Source of the DNA: Sporopachydermia quercuum
Lineage: Eukaryota
Direction of reading: 5' to 3'
Assembly: GCA_001599295.1 (NCBI GenBank)
Contig: BCGN01000005.1
Coordinates: 62,001-126,000 of the forward strand
DNA length: 64,000 nucleotides
How positions within the stretch are numbered: the stretch's first letter is position 1; each line of letters begins with the position of its first letter. Of the stretch, positions 1 through 9,182 are shown piece after piece. Both the position numbers and the translations under genes were made by a program. The notes under the pieces were generated by a model, which worked only from the letters and a program-made list of their open reading frames with translations, did not search any database and was not told the origin of the DNA.

Positions 1-827
1 AACGGCATTCCAAGGATTTTGTTTCATTGACACAATTGGCCCTAACTTTGTCCTTAACTCGGTCACTAATTCTCCTGTTGATACATCGTGATATTTAATA
101 AACCCAGTATTACCTCCTGTTACCAGTAACATATGATAAGGTAAGAATTCTAGCTTTGTAGCTTCAATATGTTGTTTTAACCTGTGTAATTCTGTTCCCT
201 CATAATCATATATGAATGTATACTTCTTCTGAGCTGCTGCAAAGTACTGATTATTATGTAACCATTTAACGTCATGGACAGTTTCGTTAACAAAAATCTC
301 TGAATTCAACTTTGCTTCTCTCCAATCAAACGTTGCTATTTGGCCTTTCTTACCACCTATGATCAATTCTCTGCCATTGCGTGTATAATCTATTGCATAA
401 GGGCCAAAATCTAATGTGAGATCAAAACGCTTTTTTGCAGTTGAAACATCTACGTTCTTCTGTAATTCATTTTGACTGAATTTAAACGTCCTTTCCATTT
501 CATGTTCTTTCTCCAAGAATCCGCTTTCTTCTTGCAATAACATTTCTGTTCTTGCTGCTGCCTTAGCAGCGCTTTCGAATTGCTTTTCATATTTTTCAAC
601 TGCTGCCTTTATCTTCTTGTCTTTGATATGCTAAAGAGATAAAGTATTAGTAATTCTTTACATGGATCATTCACTAAATTAAATATAATCAGAATATACG
701 AAACTGAACTGAGCTTAGGAATACATACTTTCTTTGATACTTTACTACCTTTCCTTTCATACAGAGCTTTTCTATCAGTGGGGCCATCAAGGCTTCTAAC
801 AGCCTGCTTGTATGTTGATTTACCCAT
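1..827 (-). CDS. UTP7: U3 snoRNP/SSU processome WD40 protein Utp7; exon 1 827-729, intron 728-631, exon 2 630 to beyond window start (3' partial)
   Basis: Spliced translation MGKSTYK...VSKK|HIKDKKIKAAVEKYEKQFESAAKAAARTEMLLQEESGFLE...[29 protein letters not shown]...HIEATKLEFLPYHMLLVTGG...QNPWNAV matches Utp7/WDR46. Intron GTATGT..TACTAAT..TAG, phase 0. Confidence 0.93.
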
Positions 828-978
828 TTCTTCAACAATCTTCCATTCACATACATGAGCAGGTTCGGGATCTGATGGGAAACTACGGGTTCTGATTTAC
901 ACAGTTCATAAATTCTTAGTAATAATCCAATAGTAGTTTTGTCATGTTTTCATATCTTCACAATTTTCCACTGTATAC

Positions 979-989
979 AAAAAATTTTC
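979..989 (-). promoter_or_regulatory. RRPE-like element (GAAAATTTTTT) upstream of UTP7
   Basis: Matches the AAAWTTTT core about 150 bp upstream of a ribosome-biogenesis gene. Short AT-rich motif, could be chance. Confidence 0.45.
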
Positions 990-1518
990 TTTAAGGTGTA
1001 AGTTGATGAAAGTCCCTGATATAGGACGGATAGTTAATAAATATTATGTGATCATAAATAAATTAGATTCAATAATGAATAGTCATAATTTCCTGATTGG
1101 AAAATAACGTTTTTTCCCGTAAAAGTATAACAGTAATTGGCTGAAATGAGAGATCCCAAATCTCTCTGTCTCTTAAGGTGAAATTGAAGAAGTTTTTGAT
1201 CGATCACCATCATAGGTACTTACCTATGGAAATTTATGGAACTTGGCCATTCAGATATCAAAAAGCCAGAGAATCAACAGACAAAAGATACGAAATACTC
1301 AAGCGTAAATATCAGATGTAAATTTCAATTGAAGATGGTTATAGAAGTATAAAACCAGTAACTAATAACCTAAGTAAACAATGACAATAGAAAGATAGAC
1401 ATAGACATGTATATATATAGATTAACCAATACAGTAAAGTGAAGCAAATGGTAAGAAAATTAGCTATAAATAAGAAATAAAATAAATTTAAAAAAATAAA
1501 AAACCCCTTATAATGAAA

Positions 1519-2592
1519 TCAATTCTTATGGGTAGGATCTTGTCTTCTCAAAATTTCTACCGCTGGTCCTAGCAATCTCTGAAAACCTGATTTATCCAAC
1601 GTTGCAACTTTTACAGCATCAATAGCTGTAACTGTTGCTTGTCTTGGTAAATCGTTCAACAAAGCAACTTCACCAAAATAATCACCAGGTTTCAAAACAG
1701 TAAGTACTTCATCACCAGATTCTTGCTGAGTAACTTTAGCAGTACCCGATTCAATTAAATAAAAGTTTTCACCAACGTCACCTTCTTTGATAATAACTTC
1801 ACCTTCTTTGAATGATTCAGGAGTCAAAGCATCAGCCAGTTTACTTCTTTCGTAGGAATCTAAATCTTTCAACACGGGAACATCTCTCAAAAATGATTCA
1901 TAAAGAGCTCTCTTCTTTGACGTTCCTTCAAATAAGATACTTCTGAAGGTTAATCTGTCTAATGCCAATAAATCGCAATCAGATGTTGCCTTGACTGTTG
2001 CTGCTCTTGGAGAATTATACATAAGTGCTAATTCACCGAAGCTACCACCAGGTCCTGCAGAGCTCACTTTTTCGTTATCAATTATAAAGTCAACAGTTCC
2101 TGATTTTATAACATAAAAAAAATCTCCTTCATCCCCTTGGGTGATTATATTCTCTCCTTTGGGAACTTTCTTTTCTTCTAGAGCATATAACACATGCTTC
2201 AACGATTCCTCATCTAAACTTTTGAAAAGAAAGTTCTTGGACACAATGGATTCTAATTTACTTAGTTGTTCTTTACTGATGATTTTCTTTGGTTGTTTCC
2301 ATTCTTTACTCAAGACTTGTGGGTTCATACTTTCTGCCGACACTGAAGTGCGTCTATTTGGGGCAAATTTAGGTACCGATGTTGAAGTAGCATGATCTTC
2401 ATTACCATAGGTTAAAGATGAGAAGATTGATTTTTTGAATAAGGATCCAGGGGCTGTTTCATTTCCTGATACTTTGGCCGTTCCAGCAGCATTAGGATCA
2501 TCATGGTTATCTGCAGTGGTATCATGAGGATCCTTCTCAGCAAACGAGGGTTTAAAAGAGAACCCGGAAGATGGGAAAGATGAATCTGACAT
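1519..2592 (-). CDS. BCY1: cAMP-dependent protein kinase regulatory subunit, 357 aa
   Basis: Inhibitor site RRTSVSAE; two cNMP-binding cassettes FGELALMYNSPRAAT and FGEVALLNDLPRQAT. Confidence 0.96.
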   Translation of the reverse strand: MSDSSFPSSGFSFKPSFAEKDPHDTTADNHDDPNAAGTAKVSGNETAPGSLFKKSIFSSLTYGNEDHATSTSVPKFAPNRRTSVSAESMNPQVLSKEWKQPKKIISKEQLSKLESIVSKNFLFKSLDEESLKHVLYALEEKKVPKGENIITQGDEGDFFYVIKSGTVDFIIDNEKVSSAGPGGSFGELALMYNSPRAATVKATSDCDLLALDRLTFRSILFEGTSKKRALYESFLRDVPVLKDLDSYERSKLADALTPESFKEGEVIIKEGDVGENFYLIESGTAKVTQQESGDEVLTVLKPGDYFGEVALLNDLPRQATVTAIDAVKVATLDKSGFQRLLGPAVEILRRQDPTHKN

Positions 2593-3679
2593 CGTGGATT
2601 GGATTATCTACTTCCGTTTGATAATTTCAATAGACTTCTGAAGTTGTGTATTATTGATTTGATGATCAATGGTCAATTGTGTAAATCAAATAGACGTTTT
2701 TTCTTCCCAATTGGTTACTACAGTCAATACTTTAACTGAGCTGCCACAAACTGAACTGACAGATTTCATTCACAGAGCACTCAATTGAATATCAATTCTT
2801 ACTCTGAAACGAATAGAAGTCTTTGATTGATTATGGAGCATTCAATCGTAATTGTATAGAACAGTAATGTTGTGATGACTTGTGTTAGAATAGTTTGATT
2901 TACTGTAGCATGTAGCTTTCCTAATACTAGGAGGTCTCCGTGGGATGTGGGATGGTGTATACGGAAATATTTGCAAGGGGTCTGATCTCTAGAAAGCCTC
3001 TAGATGGTCAATCATTGACAAGGAAATCTTGGATGTATGGAAGAGAATAGATAAGAAAGAAAAAAAAATTGAAACATTAATAAACCCATTCCTACTGAAA
3101 TCTAAATTAATCATAAAAAATTGTTTTATTTTAAAAACATCAGGGATAGAAACTAGCTAAGTAGAAAATATAACGCAAGTCTGAACTTTTCGCAAGAATT
3201 TTGTCTGGAAAATATTAAAGGCAGTTAGGTTACAACTTGGTAAGAGTAGGTACTCTAAACATGCATCAAAGGATTGGGGTACAGCTTAACTGTCTCTAGA
3301 GAGCATAAAATTTCATACTAAATCAAATAAATTGGGGTCATCAGATACTCATGTCTGTTCCTGCGTCTCCCCGCCAGGTGTTTTCCAGGGGTTCAGCTGC
3401 TGCTAACTCTATCGTACAGAGTGCACATCACCTTTCAGCGCAAGGGAGTTCCGTAAGATGAACTCTTACTAACAAATCACGTAATCATATATTGATACAA
3501 CTACTGTTTTTCATTCTTTTCTAATTCTTTCTTCTAACCATAAAGACAATGCACTCTTATCTAATTCAAAATACAATTATAATAACTATACCTGAATCAT
3601 TTCGCTTATTTCCCTTATCTTCCGGCCAAAAGCAACATTCCTGTTCCCATACCTTTGTCGCTCCTCATTTGACTATTAT

Positions 3680-3767
3680 TCACGTGATATCTTCTGTAAG
3701 GCCCCCTTTTTCTTATCTGCTCCATCCAGCCTTTTTAAGTATAACGTAAACATTCCCAAGTCACGTG
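3680..3767. promoter_or_regulatory. Two TCACGTG (Cbf1/bHLH-type) motifs in the BCY1-BUB2 divergent promoter
   Basis: TCACGTGA at 3680-3687 and GTCACGTG at 3760-3767. Confidence 0.45.
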
Positions 3768-4065
3768 CGTATTTGTTTTTGTTTCTGTGTGGTGAATGTC
3801 AACTCAGCAATCATTTGTACAATTCATTATCAACGGCTTGATTGAAGCATAATAGCTCTGCTAGTAGAGTTAAAGTTAATGATATCAAACTGATATTGCT
3901 CTTCTTGTATTATTATCTTTTTCAATTGTTGGATAGGCCTAAGAANCTGTTCTTTCATACCAATAATCTCTTTGTTTCTATCGTCATTTTGATCAATATC
4001 TCTACATCATTCATCCTATCAATAGACACATCAAAATCAAACGGCATGCCTGTTAATCTCTAACA

Positions 4066-5504
4066 ATGAGTAACGAATTAAGATCACCGCCAAAACGGAA
4101 AATTCCTGATCATAGTAAGAAATCTCATAGAAGCCATAGGAAAAAGGATCCTATTGAACAGTTCATTCTCAATAGCAACAACCAAATGTTTATAGTGAAA
4201 TCAAGCTTGTCCCAACTACGATACATGATCTTAGCTGATGGTCTGAAATATGACGATCCTGTTAAAGTATGTAATTAAACCACATTTTCATTTTTTTTCT
4301 TCTACTATCCCTGTTTGTTACTAACATCAATAGAAAACATGTCCTTATAGGACGTACGTTTGGTCAATTCTCCTAAGAACCAGCCCATATAAAACTAGTG
4401 ACTACTTAGCATTAATTCAACTAGGACCTTCAGTTGCTTACTCTAAAATCTGCAATGACTCCTTCAGAACTTTAGCGACAGATGTAGATTTCCAAGCAAA
4501 AGTAAACGAAGCTCAAATAATACGACTACTAAACTCATATGCATGGAATAGACAGAACAATGAGAACAATATGAATATGATCAAACAGAATAGATCAAAT
4601 GGGATCAAAGGAAGAAAAGAAGGCAATCTAGAAGGAATCTTTGCTATCAATGATGATTTTCTTATGAGTGGCAGTAAATTATCTNCTTANGTTCAAGGAA
4701 TGAATGTTCTGGCAGCACCTTTCCTATATGTGTGCAAATCAGAGATTGAAGCATTTGCAATGTTTGAAACGTTACTTTTGAGGGATATTCCTTTATATGT
4801 TGAGCCTACATTAGAAGGTGTTCATACGGCTTTGATGGTNAGTTATTTGTTATGAAGATTGTAATATTTTGTACAATAATTAGCAAATTGTTCACTACTA
4901 TTACTAACTAAACAAACAGCTTGTTGATATATGTTTGAGCATTGTTGATCCTAAACTATTCGAATTTCTTAAAAGCAGGTTTCTAAAAGCCGAATTGTAT
5001 GCATTTGCTTGTAAGTAGCATCNCTCGTCNTTCAATGTTCTTTTCTCTCCAGGGTATAATTTACACTGTTGATTGACATATCAACAACTAGGACTAACAA
5101 TCAACGACCATTCACTAGCCGTTTTAACATTATCTGCATGTACTCCTCCTTTATCAGAACTTTTAATCCTATGGGATTTCCTATTTTCTTATGGAACTCA
5201 TTTGAACATTCTTTATATTATTGCCCAACTGATTCTTATGAGAGCAGATTTATTAAGCTGCGGTAATAGAAACAGTAGCAATAATAGCAGCACTAATAGC
5301 AACAACAATGGCAACATTACCAACAAATCGCCCATGTCTTTACTAAGACAGCTTCCTAAGCTAAATGGAAAAGAGATCATTAAGCTAGCTATTAGTTTTG
5401 TACCAAAGTTACCAGCTGAATTGTACGATATGCTATGTCGACACGGATATGATCCAACTGTTAAACAGGAAGCCAAAGAATGGTTAGCAAAAATGAACGA
5501 GTGA
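4066..5504 (+). CDS. BUB2: Mitotic-exit GAP Bub2/Cdc16 (TBC domain), about 393 aa; exons 4066-4266, 4334-4837, 4920-5010, 5119-5504
   Basis: Joined frame gives LSQLRYMILADGL, CPYRTYVWSILL, YSKICNDSFRTLA, (Y)VQGMNVLAAPFLY, ELYAFASVLTLSACTPPL and LWDFLFSYGTHLNIL. Introns GTATGT/TACTAAC/TAG, GTnAGT/TACTAAC/CAG and GTAAGT/GACTAAC/TAG keep the frame. Confidence 0.92.
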
Positions 5505-6587
5505 GAGATTGGCTATCCTCCTGACCAGTTTCTATTTTAAATTCTATTTTAAAAAAAAAATTCAGAAGATTTTTGAGCAAACAAACAAACAAACAAGTAG
5601 GAAAGCAATCATGGTGATAGTTATGTATTTTTTACCTTGCTATTCACTGCACCATTGAAAGCTCTTAGGTCTTAGGTGTGTTATCATTTGATGAAAGGAT
5701 ACTTTTCGTAAATTTTCCACTGGTTCCCCTGGTGTGTTAGCTCCTGATGGCTTGTAATTCATGGCTTCTAATAAAGGAACTGTGAAGGTAGAGAAGACAG
5801 TGCCCGATTTTGGTCATTGATGATTATATTCAGACTTTTCAAATTGGGATACTGTCAGCAGAGACACTTTTTGTGTCAAATTTTCTATCATTATATTTAC
5901 TACTCATACTCAATCAAGTCTATCATAGTATCACTTCTGGAAATAATGAGCTGCAATTTATAATTATCTCAGCAATTAGGATAGACAAAGGCTTCCTGAG
6001 CAGTATGGAGTAGTTGATATTGGTGGAGCTAGCAAAAAAGTGAAAGAAGAGTTTTGAAAGTGAGAAAATGAATGCCTTGTAGACTAACAATGCATAAAAT
6101 TGCAACAACCAACTCTCGAATTNCTCTTAGACTGAGCAGCTGAGAAGTATGGAAATAGAATGAAGTCTACAGATAATGAGCATTATTTGTGTCATTAGTA
6201 GTACTTAATGTTTTATTACATGGTACGTGCATACTGTTAAAGTAATAATATTCTCTAGCCTACTGTTAAGTGGTCCTTCGCTCTTCATAATATAAATGGC
6301 AGAGAAATTGGCATACTGATACATTAAACGCAACCGTATATTATAGTATTTTACAAGTCTAGCTATTTATGTTTTAATGGTAGTAGAAGAAGCCAAAGCT
6401 TAATTAACTGGTCTGGGATTCACAATCAATAATAAGATTTTCAATGATCATATTAGTAATAAAATATAACCAATTTTTTATAGTGCAGCAGTGAAGAACA
6501 TTGTTAAGGAAAGTGACATGAACAGTAATGGATAAATAGTATCATTTTTCTAGAATGTGTGAGCAACCACATTAACTTCATCATTAC

Positions 6588-8336
6588 TTAAAATACATTA
6601 CCATCAAACTTCTCAACGGGATAATAAGACGAAATAACCGTTCTTCCGCCAAAGGTCCTACCTCCTAACACATTCAATGCCTTTTCACACTCATCAGCAG
6701 TTTCAAACTTAACAAAAATCTTTCCAACGCCTGCGACCGTCTCGCCATCACCATACCTGCTGTTAGAGCTCTTCTTAGGTCTGGGGATCTTTATTTCGGT
6801 AATTTTACCGTATTTCGAGCACTCGTCTTGAATATCCTCATATATATCATTATAATCATCATCATTAACTAGCTCATCTTCCGTAACCATGTTAAGTAGC
6901 TGTAGAATAGTGGATTTGGTGATAGTACTTGAACTGTTTGAATTTTTTGAGGTGTCTCCTTGGGAAGGTTTTATGCCGATGCATGCCTTTCTGCAAATGA
7001 GCTTTTCTGTGTCGGAGATTTCCATTCCGTTCAATCCGAGTAATGCTTTATCAGTAACAGATGTTCCGTCATCATTTCCGTTTTCCTCAATGAACCGGCA
7101 GAAGGCAATTCCGATAGATTCCGAGTTCTTGTTGGTCAACAGACAGAAATTCTTCAACTGACCAAAAGCTAGCAGCAGTTCCTTAGCTTGTTCCGAGGTC
7201 AAAGATTTCGGGATGTTCGAAACCGAGAGCTTGAACTCGGAGTCGGGAACATTACAATAAGCCGAGTTGGAGTCCGGTTCGGATGCCACTTCCGATTCTG
7301 ATTCGGAAGGTATCACGTAATCCTTAGGTCGCGTGATAGTCATACTAAAAGGAAGCACATCTGAGCCACAGGTGGCCACAGCCAGTGTTGCTAGGTCAGA
7401 ATGAATAAACTCAATTAAAAGTTCGGCGTCTTTCACACTATGTTCAGCGATTAACTCATTTAAATCTACTGACTCTCCCTTTGGTAAGTAACTCCAATCA
7501 ATACTACTGAGAAACTGTCTCAACCACGAGAGTATCTCATTCTCCGTATGCTCTTTGAAATCGACGTCCGATATAATAACCTGTTTTCTGAGTCTTGCCA
7601 CTAATACGGGATCAGTTGTATTGTCATTCTGTCCATCTGATGATAACCCTGGAAACAAAGTGTTGATAGCTGATGTTCCTCCTACCAATCCTTGCAGCTT
7701 CTTGTAATTAATTTGTTTAGTTACACCAGGCAATGGAAATAATCCTGATTCCTTAGCAGTGATAGCATTAACGTTCTCATAACCTTGTGGTTTGATGTCC
7801 CAAAGAGATAGTTTCCTTTTTCTTTCGTTGATTGGGACAATATCCGTTAAATCCACATTAAGGTCTAAGTTCTCCTGTTGATATCTTCCATCACCAGTTC
7901 TGTCCGATCTACCACGACGGTCTCGGTCTCGATGGCTATCCCNGTAGCTATCCCGATCCCGACGTCGGTAAGAATCTCTGTCTCGGTCGGATCTTCTTTC
8001 GTGATTCCGGTAGCTGTCATGTCTGTTTTCATCATTTCTATGACGTCTATCCTTAGTATCGCGGCTGTCTCGGCTATCCCTTGAGTCTCTGTATCTATCT
8101 CTAGATCTATATCCTCTCCGGCGATCGGAATCGTTGCTTCTATAGCTATCTCTATCTCTCTCTCGATCTCTATCTTTGTCACGACTGTAGTTTCCTCTGC
8201 TGGAGTGTCGTTCTGAATCGCGTTTATCGTAATTTCTACCATCNTTACTGCTGGGGCCAGTTCCTTCAGGAAAGGACACTAGTCCATCCCCATCTGCCGT
8301 CTGTTCGCCTTTTCCTCGTTTTCTATAGTAATCCAT
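6588..8336 (-). CDS. MUD2: U2AF large subunit (U2AF65/Mud2/S. pombe Prp2), 582 aa
   Basis: N-terminal Arg/Asp/Ser-rich region, WDIKPQGYENVNAITAKESGLFPLPG motif, an RRM (LSVSNIP...GIAFCRF) and a C-terminal UHM (LQLLNMVTEDELVNDDDY...GVGKIFVKF...LGGRTFGGRTV). Confidence 0.9.
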   Translation of the reverse strand: MDYYRKRGKGEQTADGDGLVSFPEGTGPSSXDGRNYDKRDSERHSSRGNYSRDKDRDRERDRDSYRSNDSDRRRGYRSRDRYRDSRDSRDSRDTKDRRHRNDENRHDSYRNHERRSDRDRDSYRRRDRDSYXDSHRDRDRRGRSDRTGDGRYQQENLDLNVDLTDIVPINERKRKLSLWDIKPQGYENVNAITAKESGLFPLPGVTKQINYKKLQGLVGGTSAINTLFPGLSSDGQNDNTTDPVLVARLRKQVIISDVDFKEHTENEILSWLRQFLSSIDWSYLPKGESVDLNELIAEHSVKDAELLIEFIHSDLATLAVATCGSDVLPFSMTITRPKDYVIPSESESEVASEPDSNSAYCNVPDSEFKLSVSNIPKSLTSEQAKELLLAFGQLKNFCLLTNKNSESIGIAFCRFIEENGNDDGTSVTDKALLGLNGMEISDTEKLICRKACIGIKPSQGDTSKNSNSSSTITKSTILQLLNMVTEDELVNDDDYNDIYEDIQDECSKYGKITEIKIPRPKKSSNSRYGDGETVAGVGKIFVKFETADECEKALNVLGGRTFGGRTVISSYYPVEKFDGNVF

Positions 8337-8794
8337 GCTTTTTATTTTTTTCTAACTTCCTCAATCAGCTTTTATTTACTCCAAAACCAACTCCATACAC
8401 TGTTTCTTCCAATCGACTAATTATTTGAACTCAGTATCCACACAATTTTATAACATAGTTCTATGCCTTTATTCATTATAGTAAATCACATATTAAGGCG
8501 TGAAGAATCTATCGAATGCCCAGCGACATCCACCAGCCAAACAGCAAATTTCTTTCAGGCTTCAATGCTGATACTTACCACCGGAGTACTTTCCATCACT
8601 ACCTCCCACTTGCTCCCACCTCTCGATCATCTCTTACAAGCCAACCTCCTTATTCCTCCCAAATACCTCCCGTTACTCACTTCTTCTCTCCATCCAACAC
8701 CTCCTACCACCCTTCCAATCCCTGTTCGCGAACCTTCTTCTATCTGCAGAACCAAACTGATCTGTCTTTATTCCCATNTCCGCCTACGTAATGA

Positions 8795-8800
8795 TACGTG
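8795..8800 (+). promoter_or_regulatory. Candidate UPRE-2 (TACGTG) upstream of LHS1
   Basis: TACGTG about 390 bp upstream of an ER chaperone gene, next to a TACGTA. 6-mer only. Confidence 0.3.
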
Positions 8801-9182
8801 TGCTCTTCTGTCAGGTATTTCGATTTTGTGTAATATTAAATATCTCATGCTCATCTCCTATATTCTTGCCAGCTGATCTGACTTATATTTGTTACTGATG
8901 CTTGTCTTACTGTTGTTTGAATGTTTCTATTTTAAAAGAGAGCATAGAGAAAAGGTTAATTGAAGGTAGTAATGGTGAAAGAGTTGAACTTGCGCGGAAT
9001 TGAATTGGATGTGCTTTCATAGCTTTTGATTTGATCTCTACAACCGATAAGAGAGTCTAAAGTGTAAGAGGAGCAGTGAATTCAGGTTAGATATTGTATG
9101 CTATTTATTGTTCTGAAGGTTGCTACCAAAACAAAAAGAAGAAATAAAGCATACCTCAACTCAATAGATATATAAATACAGA

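Noticed and set aside
1000..1260. TGATGAAAGTCCC (RNase MRP/U3-like) and TACTTACCT (U1 5'-end-like) motifs
   Set aside because: The other conserved boxes or helices were not found nearby; the region is the UTP7 promoter/BCY1 terminator.
3445..3475. GAGTTC/GAACTC hairpin followed by TACTAAC
   Set aside because: No nearby acceptor AG or matching donor, and a 6-bp stem is expected by chance.
4688..4690. Possible stop (TAn) in BUB2 suggesting a pseudogene
   Set aside because: Ambiguous base at the conserved Tyr of YVQGMN; TAT/TAC is far more likely and the rest of the gene is intact.
8463..8876. 137-aa and 91-aa ORFs in the MUD2-LHS1 spacer
   Set aside because: C-rich low-complexity promoter DNA that is poor in stops; no recognisable protein features.
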